DNA from: Dicyema japonicum | Lineage: Eukaryota; Animalia; Dicyemida | Length of the DNA: 64,000 nt | Assembly (NCBI GenBank): GCA_011109175.1 | Contig: RDEW01000012.1 | Location: 1,337,438-1,401,437 of the forward strand | Direction of reading: 5' to 3' | Part shown: positions 25,530-38,081 of the stretch, piece after piece | How the letters are laid out: every line of letters begins with the position of its first letter | How positions within the stretch are numbered: the stretch's first letter is position 1 | Notes under the pieces: generated by a model | What the model was told of the DNA's origin: nothing | Seen by the model: only the letters and a program-made list of their open reading frames with translations | Databases searched by the model: none | Translations under genes and position numbers: made by a program

Positions 25530-26420
25530 TTAACAACTACTGGCTGTTCTCATAATTGAGAATGAATTTCCCCTGACGAGTTCAAGGAAATACGCTCATT
25601 GAGCCTGCTCCTTTCTCACATATTATTTTTGTTATTCGCAATCCAATTCTGTTTAGCAAGATCAGTGACCTGATCCTATGATTCCTGACGTTTTCACGGC
25701 GACTAATTCGAAAATGAACTGTCTATAGAGACATACCTATTTCTTTATTTTTAGAATCTCAGCCTTCTCCGAAGCAGAATCCGGGTTAGTTGCTGTCATC
25801 ATAAGGTTTGAGGGAGAGAGGCTATCCACATAGATGGCGTCCCAGGCAAAGTTTCTATCTACCACCTTCCCATGGGAAGAGAGTTGTTCTGTCTAGACTT
25901 TTTTGACTGGGGTGAGTCCGAGAGGCTCCAATTGGACGGTGAACCCGGTCGCTTCAAGTCCCCATGCAATAACTCCGTTGATTGCGGTGTATCTTTCTCC
26001 TTCCAACATTCATCTGACAAGAAAGAGCGTGAAGAGTTTCATCCACATCTAAAGCGATGGATCGCGCAAACATCCATTCCGAGGCGGACGGAGATCCCAA
26101 TCCTCGTGGCGTCATCATCAATATTGTCCCAAGTAAGGTGTATGGCAATGCTCTGAGCCATGCACCACTTTCTTTCGTCAATCCAGAAACCAAGTAACCA
26201 GACGATGCTCGTCAAGCTCAGGTTTTATCTCGTCTACGATCTTTGAGCAGAAAAGTTTGTTCCTTTCGCGTTGTTTATCAGCGTCCTTAGGGAATCCCAC
26301 ACTCAGTCGTGTCCATGCTTCTCGAATCGTGCATGCCACTGGTTCAGCGTCCAATCCGTTTATGTAGCGTAGGATTTGGTGTATGAACAGAGAGCCAAGA
26401 AAAATTGCGTTTTCGAGTCG
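25530..26420 (-). mobile_element. CRE-like retrotransposon 3' part
   Basis: ESGAWLRALP, FAWDAIYVDSL and a degenerate RLE C-terminus. Confidence 0.75.
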
Positions 26421-26880
26421 AGTGAGTGAAGCATCTTGTAAATAAGTAAAAATCGTATCCACTACATGGTTAAAGTCGTCCTCTTCCGTAAGTAGCGTTA
26501 ATGATTTTACATTTATAGGGATTCGGTTGCAACCCAAGTGCTGCAATGCAGAGATGGCCAACTCTTCCTCTGCCACCACAGTTTCCCAATTCCATCCAAT
26601 GGTTATCCGCGTACCATAAGTTCATAATTTTTCAATTTATTGTTAGTATTTGAAATTCTTTCAATATGTTTGTGAATTTTCTTGTGTTTTTGATAAACCA
26701 TTGCTTTTTAAAAGTTACACATAAATTGCATAATTTAAAATACAAAAAATAAAATTCTTTTGGTATTTATTAACAATAAAAAACTATTTTAGAATCGGAG
26801 ATTTTTTTTTCGGAATTACAACACTAATTGTTGCAATGCTTTGTCATGATCTTGGCATCGCGTACGTGCCTATAATAATA

Positions 26881-27010
26881 CAGTAAAGTCTCTCGAATAG
26901 CCATTTCTCGAATCCGCTGATTATAACAAATAAATTCTTTAGTCCGTCATTTTTTTCTAACAAAATTTCTCGAATCCGCCAAATTTTTTTAATGAATCCG
27001 CCATGTCTTT
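26881..27010 (+). mobile_element. pogo/Tigger-like transposon end
   Basis: TA followed by CAGTAAAGTCTCTC, with subterminal (TTTCTC)GAATCCGC repeats. Confidence 0.5.
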
Positions 27011-27379
27011 TATTTTTAAATAATTTTTACATAATTTTAAAGGTAAATAATAAACTCATTAACACGTTGTGATTGTTTATCGTTGTTTTTATGAAAACGT
27101 AACTGTACACGATTGAAAAACAAAAAAAAATTGTTATTTTAAAGTTTATTGAATCGAATATTGAATTACCATTGATAAAAATTTCTGAAATTTTTTTCCA
27201 ATAGATATAATGCACCTATTTCTCGTAGATCTATTGATGATCTGAGGAGTAAAAAAGGATTTGAAAATATGTTGAATGAACTAAGATCTGAGATTTTTCA
27301 CCAAAAATATTTAAAGTTTAGTGAAATCGATTATGATACGAATTTCTTTGGTTTATTTAATGGATGTTAAAGGAGTCAA

Positions 27380-27623
27380 TTATTATTACTGAGAATGCCA
27401 AAACATTTGCATCGAAACGAGGGATCCCTGATTTCAAAAGAAGCAAAAAGTGGCTTGTTAAGATCTTTTTCACCAACTGGGTTGTGTCAGAAGTTCTCGT
27501 CGTCTCACAGGTAGGATCTGTTTGACGAGAACTGACTTTAGCTGAAACCAATCTTTCGGATTCGAACCCAAGACTGTCAGATCCAATGTCATCAGACGAT
27601 ACAGCCAGAAGGTTTATGCTCCC
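27380..27623 (-). mobile_element. tRNA-derived SINE, family 3
   Basis: B box GGGTTCGAATCC, internal AGTTCTCGTC..GACGAGAACT hairpin, (TAA)n tail. Confidence 0.55.
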
Positions 27624-27799
27624 TTAATGTAGATTGAAGACAATTTCAGATAAACTATAAATTTAAGTCATCAACTAAAACAATTAAAGGAATATAAGTA
27701 GCCAAATAGTAGACACCTTAAACTAATAGAATGAAATCCCATCTGTCAGCCATGTGTTTCCAAATAATAATATAATAATCAGCTGAATTATCACTAATA

Positions 27800-28291
27800 A
27801 TGATTTTTTTAATTTTGTTCGCTTTTGTTACTTCAGTTTATTGGAAAGGTAAACTAAAAGTAAATTGTTAGGGAAATGTAATAGAAATATTAACAAATGC
27901 TTCAAAATATATGACGTATATAGATTTCAACATTCTGGAAGATATTTATGTCAGATATACGGTGGAGACTTGGCTACATTCGAAAACCAAAAGGAGTGGA
28001 TTTACATTCGACGTAATATCAGTGAAATATGTAGGATTGGTGAAAAATAAAGGAAACAAACATTACTTCATAGGCTATGATGATAAAAGTTCTGAGGGAG
28101 TGTTTAAGAATCCACAAGGAATGATGGCTGTAAATGAGTGATGATTAGCTTAGTTTAACCTTAAATGGCGGAAAGGACAGCCTGATAATAAATATAACGA
28201 AGATTGTGTCGCCATTAAAAAGGATGGTGAAGTCGAGGATATTTCTTGCCGCAGACGAAATGGGTTTATCTGTCAGTTCCCGTTCACATAA
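27800..28291 (+). CDS. Secreted C-type lectin (QPD, galactose-type)
   Basis: Signal MIFLILFAFVTSVYW; introns 27849-27871, 28013-28034 and 28130-28153 give an open frame; C..GGDLA, FIGYDD..EG.F, WRKGQPDN..EDCV..EDISC..FICQ. Confidence 0.9.
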
Positions 28292-28576
28292 CTAATTAAT
28301 TTTGACATTAATTTTTAATTATTTGCTATCACCATGGAAACACCCGAAGCACCAATTTTGTCTCCCTTGTTCTATTATGATTTCTCTCTTTATAAGTAAA
28401 GACCAAAATCTGTTAACTATGTGATTCCGACACGTCCTAGTAGAGCCATCAACTTGACTCAATGTTCATCCCTTGAGCCTAGACAAGCTTGTGATGGATG
28501 GAGACTGTACGGTCACGGTGCAACGAGCTCCTCCACGCATTCTGCATCGACCATTAGGGTTTACAGAATGTTCGGT

Positions 28577-30048
28577 GGCAGTTGATTGTGATCAGTCGCT
28601 CTTTAGGCCATTTTCTGGATAGCTGTGATCTTCTCTGTGATCTCCTTTCATTGACTCTTCCCGATTACTTTAAGTGCTATTATTCTTCGTAAGACTCTCT
28701 TTCATTAATGCGTTGCCCAGCATATATGATATCAGTGATATCGATGATAACCAAACTATGCACGGAATAATAATACCTTTATGCTGCATTAATTCCATTC
28801 AAAATCTTCTTTCTAGCATTTGTCTGGGAATTTTCGAAGGTTTATTTCCGCATGATAACTTTCACAATTTGGCAGCAAAACTCTTCAAAGCATTTTCCAA
28901 AATTTGAAACTTCAGTTTTGTGTTTCCTCCACTGGAAGACCAGAGAGTGATTCACCCAACTTGGAAAAGAACAAGCTCTTAAAATTGGTAACAGATTTCA
29001 CAGTCTCGAATTTTGGGAGGACTATGATTTTTGGATTTTGCAGACTCACGAAATCCACAGCCCATTGTGTTCCGGTGAACTTTGTCAACTAGGGATTGCA
29101 AATAGAGATTTTCTATAATGTCAGTGTTTACATTTCTAGCATCTTTGGAAAGTCATCGAGCACATTTTTTATTAGAAACCAACCACCATGTCCAAAACAA
29201 CAGGAAATTTAGTTAAATAAATAAAATTATTCTAAAATCCAAGGGTAAAATTACAATTAACTAATTCCATGATCATGGCGCGTTCCAGTAAGACTGTTAC
29301 TAAAGACAATGATTCAGAGGACGTCGTCCATGAGCTGAAATCGATTCCAAAACTCGTTGTAAGAAAACGATATTGTCTCCGGGTAGAATGAATGTGGAAT
29401 GAAGATAAGAATTAAACTTGGCATTGTTTTACTGCGATTTTTAATTTTTATAATTTCTTTATGCATATTTAACAATGTAATAATCAATTTTACGCATATT
29501 TAACTTCCGATGAATCTTTTAAACTTTTTTTCAATCTTACTATATTAAATTATTAATAAAGAGTTATAATTTTTTTCTAATTTAATATATTCAAAATGAA
29601 ATTCAAACATAAACAATTTTCATATATTTTTAATCAAATATTGACTGACAATATCATTCGAACGATATATTATAGGTATTGCCACTTGTAGTAATTCAAA
29701 AATATCCAATGTATAAAAGTTCTAAATTAAAAAAGTGTCACAATGATTAACGTTTAAGTAGTAGATATTTATCTTTTTACAATTTGCAATAACTGTATTA
29801 TAATTATTACCTCGGGATCACTGTGTTTAAAATAAAGTTCTTAACTAACTAAGTAACTCAAAACCGATACGTGTGAAGTCCAATCCGACGTGGACAAGAA
29901 TCCAGGATGGCTTTTGAGAAACGATGTATTTTATCTTGTATTTAAGTTGTTCTATATGACATATATTATTGGTTTCATAGAGGCCTAATAACTAGTAACT
30001 GCCCGAACCATCTTCTGTTGTTATTTATTCAAAACTGCTTCCAGAAGG
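28577..30048. repeat. Segmental duplication (partner 59921-61821)
   Basis: Near-identical colinear sequence; the partner carries two extra insertions. Confidence 0.9.
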
Positions 30049-30689
30049 GCGGACATTACTTGTGGCCGATTAGTCTTATTGCAGCTTCCTGGATTACGCA
30101 CAGTGTAAATATAAATCTACGGGATTTGGCTATTGACCACGACTCACTTGCGTAGATTATCCGGCTGTACAAATTGCTGATTCACAGCGGAAGGAAGTCC
30201 AAGCTCCAATTGAATATGGAATCAGTCGGTTTTTACTCACCAGGCATTAACTCAGTTGATGGTTCTGTACGTTGGACTCCTTTTGCGCGCTTCCTGCAAA
30301 AGGGATTGTTAAGACCATTACCATTAACTATTCTTCTACATCTCTGTTGGTATGCAAACATCCGTTCTGAATTGGTTGCAAACCCTTAGTTTGTGGCATC
30401 GTCATCCTATTGAGTCGACAATGGTTAATAGTAAGGCTTTTAATTCAGATAAATTATTTAGTTTTTCTTAATTCCACTACATTATTTTAAATAAAATCAT
30501 ATTATAATCATTTTCACCTTAACCTATAGTTTCCATTTCAATAAATAGTATTAAACTTTTTTAACTCACTGGTTAATCAAAAAGTGCTTACCAGGTTCCG
30601 ATTGAGATATTTTTGCTTGCCACGAAACACCAGAGTTCCGAGACCTTTTCGAGCAGACAGGAAATCATATTTTTGAAGTTAAATAATTT

Positions 30690-30784
30690 TTGATTAATAT
30701 AGCATGCTGCTTTAATAGTCTAGCTATAAAAGTACATTTAGCTAAAAGCTGTTTCAACAGAAAGATTAGAACTAAAATTGGCAT
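30690..30784 (-). pseudogene. C-type lectin family, 5'-only fragment
   Basis: Signal exon, intron 1 and the start of exon 2, followed by the family upstream module. Confidence 0.65.
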
Positions 30785-31567
30785 TAATTCAGAGATTGTT
30801 CAATTTTTATAATCTCTATATGCATATTAAACAATTTAATATTTAATTTTACGCATATTTAACTTCAGATGAATTTTTTAAACTTTTTTCTCTATCTTAA
30901 TACATTAAATTATTAAAAAGCTTTTTACTTTGCATTAGTTGCACATTGTTCAATCTAAATTCAAAAGAAACAATTTACATATTCTTGATCGAATAGTGAC
31001 TGACAATGATTCCAAGGAAATCGTATAGGTATTGACACCGTCATTAATTAAAAAGATATCCATTATACAAAAGTCTAAATTAAAAAAAGTGTAACAATTA
31101 TTAACGTTAATTATTCGTTATTTATCTTTCATAAAATTCAGAAACAATTGTATTAATATTAAAAAAAAAAAAGTTTTAATAATTAAGAGATTTCAGAACG
31201 TATTGTTTCCTTTTCAATAAATAGCATTAAAATTTATCAACTCGCTGGTTAATTGAAAATTGGCTACAGATACCGTTTGAGATATCTTTGCATGGAAAGA
31301 AACTAGAATTCAATACGCTGGATGATACGAAAGATTCTTCTCATCGTTTGCAACAATTCCGAATTGTCGATCGCCGAACTGATTTAACAAAAATCATTCA
31401 TTATCTTACAAATCCTCGATTGATGTGTAAAGAATTAGTTTTTATCTTAATCAAATAAAAATGAAAGATGGTTATTAAAAAATTAGAATTAATTACGCAG
31501 TCATCTATAATTTCTGCTTTGACAATATCTTTTGATTTAAAATCATCTTCAAAATTGGTTCCTATTA

Positions 31568-32041
31568 TTAATATATCAAAAATTTACGTTTTGTCTCACA
31601 CAGAAACCACATAACTGCATTGACAGCATGGTCGTTCCATATTACTTCCTTCCAAAAAATGAACAGTGTCTTCGTCATTATGCAAATTATCAGGTTCTTT
31701 GATATCCCAATTAAAATATTTCTTAATCCATAATAAAAAAACTTGATTTTCTCCATATGAATTAACAAAATGACCTTCTTGTTTTATGTCGTTTATCCCA
31801 AATCTGATATATTCTCCGTTTTTGGACACAAATTCAGTAAAAATATATTCATTTATTTGTTCACTATAAATGTTTGCTAAAACCATATTCTCTTTTTCAC
31901 AGTGTTTTATAGAATCATAATAAGTTAACATATTTTTTACTAACAAATAGCATGTTCCTTTATAACAGTCTAAATATATCCTGTAAAAATACATTCAGCT
32001 GAAAGCTGTTTCAACAGAAAGATTAGAATTAAACTTTGCAT
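31568..32041 (-). pseudogene. Atypical C-type lectin (EPD), 1-nt frameshift before WND
   Basis: MQSLILIFLLKQLSAE, two micro-introns, CYKGTCY..C..LANI..FGINDIKQEG.F..NW..EPDN..EDTV; WND..WFLCE lies in the shifted frame. Confidence 0.8.
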
Positions 32042-34084
32042 TTTTTACTGCGATTGTTCAATTTTATAATTTCTTTATGCATATTTAACAATTTATTATT
32101 AATTTTACGCATGTTTAACTTTCGTTTAATTTTTAAAACAAGAGTGATTACCAATAATTGGATTGGAATTCTACTAAATTATGATAATTTATTAATGAAA
32201 ATGTTTTCCTCAACAGCTGATTGTCGAGAACAATGGGCTACTTCGGTTATTGAAAGCACGCGCTCTAGACTCGGTCGTGTCCCCAGAGGTGAGTGGGCTA
32301 TTCTCTTGGAAGGGTTCAAGTCTATGTTTGGAGAGGAAATAACAATGCCTGAGTTCAGAAAACTGATATACGTCTAAAAACGCCAACAATTACCAAGCAA
32401 TGAATATGATTCGAAGGGGACTTCAGATTTTAAGCCTGATATCTCTTCACTGTCCCTGGTCCCTAAATTATACGATCACATATCTGGAACAATTGATAAT
32501 TGTCGAGCAAATTGAACAAAGCTCGAGATCGGTTCCAAAATTATTCATTATGTCAAGATTGACAATAACTTATTAGAGTGTTTGAACTGTCATTAGCCAA
32601 TGGGTTAAAAAGTACCCTATAACTTCTATGGATCAAATTTCTACTCTATTTATGCTGGTCAAGTTACATATCAGATTATTTCAGTGAAAAAAATGAACCA
32701 TCAAAATGGAAAGAGAATATAAATAGAAAAATTTAAAAGTGGAAATCATTTCTTTTGGTAACTAAAAAGTTTTTTATGAAGACTTTGTCAACCGAGGAAA
32801 AACCCTTGGTTTGTCACGCATTATCGTTAGTGGGATATAAAAAAACCATGATGAAAGAGCGAGGATTACTTCGTACATTGAAGATAAAATTCAAATTCTC
32901 GAAAAGAAATTGTGTGTTGAATTTTTTTAGTCGTCGTGAATGAACTTTCTTAATAACCCACTATCTTCGACTTTGACAAAATTATTAGACAATTTCTCGA
33001 CAATAGTTTCTGGATCCCCATACGGATGTTCAAATTTTTTTAATCGAAAAGAAGGATTCGTCCCATGATTTTTTTAAATACGAACCTTTAAGTAATAAAA
33101 ATAGAATACAACATCTAACTCATATTTTGATCGATGCACTCCATCTTCCTATTCATTCTTCTATAATATGAAGACTGCAAATTCACCCTCTCAAAGTTAA
33201 ACTGGTACTCATCATCTTTACTAATAAATAACAATAAAAAACCTTGATTTTCTACAACTTCAAATTCTTCCATAATAAAACTTTTTGGATTTTCCTGAAC
33301 ATCTGATTCCACAACTGTGTGGAATCCAGTAATACCAAGATACTCTTTCGAATCCAATTCTTCTATATTAAAACTTTCAGGATTATTGTGAACGTGAATC
33401 CTCAACAGTGTTGATTCGAGGAATACCACAATACTTTTTGGAAACGGTCAGAGACAACTCGCCTAGAATTAACATGTAATAAATATTATTTTACCACACT
33501 TCATATTAGGTATACGGGGAGTATGGAAGCAAATTCCGGAACGTGCGTACATACGACCCCATACCTGTTAAGGAGCGAATTCCGGAACATGGAAGCAGAC
33601 GACGATAATATTAAATTCCTCCTAAAATTTTAATTAAAATTAAATAAAAGCTTTTCTATACTTCCGAGTTGCTGATACATTCAGGACTTGTTGTCTTTCA
33701 AGCATGCATTTTATAATGTTGTACTCTTCAGTAGTTTTTATGGTAACTTTATTAGCATCAGGACAACTTAATGTGGGTTAGTTTTTTGATTTTATTGTCA
33801 AAAATTTGGTATTCCAGCAAAAATTGGTGTAAATCTTTTATAAAATACTTTTTCTCATAATAATATTATTATTACCTAAGATTAATCTCTATTAGTAAAA
33901 ATAATGATTTTATTTAAAACTGCATAAATTATTCTAAAACTTTAGTATTGAGTAATTTTCAATTAACATGACAGATGTTGGCACCAGTCAAATCACTTGT
34001 TATCACTCTCAGCGCTCGCGACATAATGTTACTACGTCTATTGATAATAAAAAATGTGCAGACTTTTGGGAAGAATTATAGAAA

Positions 34085-35745
34085 ATGAGGAGTCTAAATT
34101 CGGAAAGTTTTAATATCGAAAAAAGAATGACTGGAGTTGAAAATGTGTCTGTTGAATTCTGGAAAAATTTGTTTGAACAAACGATTCAATATTTGCGGAA
34201 TTTGAAGGCCCCAGGTTGTGATGAGAGCTACAATTTCTTCCTTAAGAAATTTACCTCGCTGCATGAATTTATCTATACCGAAATGCTTAGGATTGTAAAC
34301 GGAGAGTACGTCCCTGGAAATTATAAGTATCCAAAAGTCTTCGTTTTACATGATGATCAGTCTGTCTCGTCGTTCTCAAAATTATCTAAATTTATTGACA
34401 ATTTAAAACTTATTTCGACTAGTGAAGATGTTATTGTCAAGATGATGGAAGATGTTAATTTGTACTTCAATGCTGTGGGGCAGGAAAAAAATCTAAAGGT
34501 CCGCTACAAATGTCTTGTTATCAGATGAAGCCAAGTTGTATGAGGGAATAGATAGAAATAAATACCTCGGTGTATTGGAAAGTCTTTCCGGACAAATTCA
34601 AAAGCCAGAAATGTTAAAAATAATTTCTTCGCAAGTAAACCAGAAAATTGAGAAACTGGTGAATAACAAACTAAACGCAGTGAATTCGTTTAAGGATATT
34701 AACGAGCATGCTCTTTTTATATAACTATTATATTAGACTCATTAATGTGGAACCCTGTGAATACGATTTGATTGACTCAGCTATCCGCACCATATTGATT
34801 AAACATCGAGTCCATCTCAAACCTGCATGCAAGCAGAAGCTTTATTTAACGAAGAACCTTGGGAGAAGGCTACGCTCAATCTCTCTTTTAAGTGAGAAAA
34901 TGTTATGCGGATTTTTTCATGATTTGAAACTCAGAATTACTGTTTGCAGTAAAAGTGCCGCAATTCTTCAAGCCGAAATTTCGAAGAAAACATATTTGGC
35001 AATAATCGTAGAATTTCTAAGGCACAAGTATTCTGTTTGCGACACTTCTGAGTTGGATATAAAATTGATATCGAACATGCAAAAAGAAGGTTTAATGAAT
35101 CAATATGATTGAAGAGTCTTCATTCCGTTATTTAAAAGAATTTGTCGGAAGATTATGTGAATATAGAGCATTCCTTTCATTGGCTTCTAAAAGGGAATAA
35201 CTCCACAAGGTCAGAAGCCTTATTCTGCCATATTTAAGATAGGAATCTGTTCTTTAGAACAAAATGCAATGTGCACCCATTGTAAAACATAGAAGAAGAT
35301 TGTGGATTTTACTTTAATTTATTTATTAACCCCGGGTACACCGAGACAAAAGTTAAAGTAAACAACTAATTAAATGTATCCAGTTTCCACTTCTACATAG
35401 AGTCCATTCGGATTCAGCATAAAGAATAAGACGTCCATAGTTGCAGTTGTGGAAACCCCTCCAGTGGATTGGGGAGTGTCACAAGGTGTGAAAAGATGTT
35501 GTATAAAGATTATGTAAGATGACATAACGAAGTCGTGAGGTGTCTACATTTCCACTTTTGCAGAGAGTTTGGTCTCAAAAACGAGAAGAAACTGAAGACT
35601 CATTCAGTGCAATCAATTGAAATCAATGTCTCAGTTCAAATCAGAGTTGACATCTTTATCAAACAGACATAATTATTGAGCATAACAAGCCAGACCTTTT
35701 CGTTTTTGATAAAAGGAGAAACAAAATTACCTTATTCGAAGTGAA
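34085..35745 (+). mobile_element. R4/Dong-like RLE element, degenerate
   Basis: KYLGVLE, KLNAVN.F..INEHA, LYL..LGR.L.S, RHNEVVRCLH, HNKPDLFVFDK; interrupted by a SINE2 copy at 35310-35478. Confidence 0.8.
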
Positions 35746-36059
35746 AGAACGTATGCGTATGTTCAATCTCTGGTAATCAAGAAGACTGTGAAGATTATGA
35801 TAGTGTCATATAGGAACGAAGTCGACGTTTCGCGGCGTTTTGATAAGTTTAATGAAGGGATAAAAGATATTTACTCTCGGAAGAAAAAGACTGTGACAAT
35901 TTGGTTCACTCCCATAGATGCTCGAAAGGAAAACGAATTGGATAGTGAACATTTTAATTAGAATTAACCTTTTAAGATAATTAATATTGAATAATTTTTA
36001 TAACTTAAATATTAAATAATTACTTTACAGCATAGCTGATTCCTATAAAATCTTAACAT

Positions 36060-37240
36060 CACAACCAAATTTTTTTCCACTTATACTAACGATCTTATTG
36101 ATGCCTAGAAGCGATATTGTAAGGATGGTTCGATGTGGAAATACTAGAATATCCCATTATTTAAAATTGTTTCAATAACTTTCTGGTTAATATAGAATAA
36201 TTCCCCGAAATGGGCCGGTTCATACGATGAACGATTCCATGATGTCATTTGCAGCTGGATCCACTTTTTTTTCTTATAGTGGTCTCAAAGCTTTGAGATT
36301 TATAGATTGTGTATAGGTTATGTTGCTGATCACCTTCCGTTAGTGGATATCCAATAGGGATTATACTTGTTTTTTGTGATAAGCATTCAAACTTCCAGTA
36401 CAAATTTGATTCAAACCCCACGTTCCTGATTTGTATAGCAAAATAGGCAGCATAAATGCATTGTAAAAATGCATTTTTAAGGGCGTTAAAACGTGTGAAT
36501 ATTTTAGCCATGTGGACTGTAGTTTTTTAAGTAAAATAGTCTTTCACTGAACATCTTCCCAATCACCGAGTTGTGAGCAGACTTTCTTTGTTCTCCAATT
36601 CTCATCTATTAGTTGATTTTCTCTTTTATCAGTTGTGATCTCTTTCTTTTGTTCGCTCACTTTAGAATCCATCCCGCGAATGCTCCGGGATCATTATTTA
36701 AAATAGTCCTGATTTTTTTATGTCATCCGAAATCTCCTTGATGACTGTCAATGTGTCTCAAATTTACGAGATCGCTCTGAGCCGACCCAACTTTGTATTT
36801 CAGTATTATCAAGTAGGACCCGGATCATCCTTTGACTGTCCTCGTCCAAGTAGCAACATTAAGTTATCTCTGTGTACAGTATTGAACGCTTAGGAGAGAT
36901 CAATCCTCAGTATATGAACAGCTTTCTAAAATCTCTGCATAATAACGCACATCCATCTATTTGCGAAATGTAATTTAAAACGTTGTAGAGTTTATTTCTA
37001 TCTCCTAGAATAATCCACGTCGGGTCTTGGTAATAATTATATCCAAGTACTCGGATTTTCTAGCTGTGTATAAGTCTTTGTATTTTGTCAACATTGCATA
37101 GTGTATCCTTAGTAGAGTCCTTAGTTGTTTTCTGTGAAAACATTCAAGTTATCAACACAAATCTAGTTAGTCCCACGTTCCCGAGTTGTAGAGCAGAATG
37201 GGTACGACAAAAGCATTGCATAGTCGTACTTTTACTGGTC
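36060..37240 (-). mobile_element. RTE LINE fragments (two)
   Basis: IDLS.AFNTVHR; KMHFYNAFMLPILLYKSGTWGL; KVRLCNAFVVPILLYNSGTW. Confidence 0.8.
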
Positions 37241-37297
37241 TTTTAATAATAATAGTTATCTTGTGGATTTTTTTTATTTCTAATTTCAGGTAATAAC

Positions 37298-38073
37298 TAG
37301 GGCAACCGGAAAAAAATTTTTTTAAATAGCAAAAAATTTTCTAAAAATACCATTTTTAGTATCGTATCTAAAATTAAAAATAATAAATAGTGGTTAGAAA
37401 AAATTATTATATAATGAAATCAAAGTCATTAATATTTTTGGTTTTAAAATTTCGACCTTTTTGTGATAATCTTTGATATTGCAGTTTTAAATACACAGAT
37501 AGGAGACTTTTATTCGAGTATTACAGTATAACCAAATTCAATTATTTGAAGTTTTGAAATATATTCATTCACTTAACAAAGATCTGTTTTGAAGTTATTC
37601 TGTTGTAGGTCCAAAAATACTTCCTCGATAAATAATCTTCATATTCTGTTTTCCAAATTAAGTTTATCAAATCAAATAATTAGCTGCAATTGTGCAATAA
37701 ATAAGATACACATTTCACATGAAAAAGATAAGCATAAAACAATTTAAGTGTATTTTCGGCTAAAATTATATTGTCATATACTAGTCATATATCTGAATCA
37801 GTAATCAAGAAAACAAATTTATCGCGTTGGATCTCCATCGTCTTTATTAGTCATCTATTTCAACACATATTATAGATGTAGTCAATAATCAAAAAATAAT
37901 TACAATCAAACAATTTAACAAAAAATAAAAATTAGAATTTACATAAAATAGCAGAAAATAGCAGTTTATTTTTTAGAAAAATATAATTAAATTAATTATT
38001 AAATATATTTTTTTAAATACCAAATTTTTGTGAATTTTTGTTTAATATCATTTTATAGCATTCAGTTGCTCTA
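37298..38073 (-). mobile_element. Non-autonomous hAT element with TIRs and 8-bp TSD
   Basis: TAGGGCAAC...GTTGCTCTA; GTAATAAC at 37290-37297 and 38074-38081; internal transposase relic KFVFLITD..LFHVKC. Confidence 0.85.
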
Positions 38074-38081
38074 GTAATAAC

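Noticed and set aside
33115-33429. 104-aa acidic ORF with an internal NPESF repeat
   Set aside because: No recognisable domain or intron support; left uncalled.
36245-36511. 88-aa ORF with GFESNL, superficially enzyme-like
   Set aside because: It is an alternate frame of an RTE ORF2 (NAFMLPILLYKSGTWGL).
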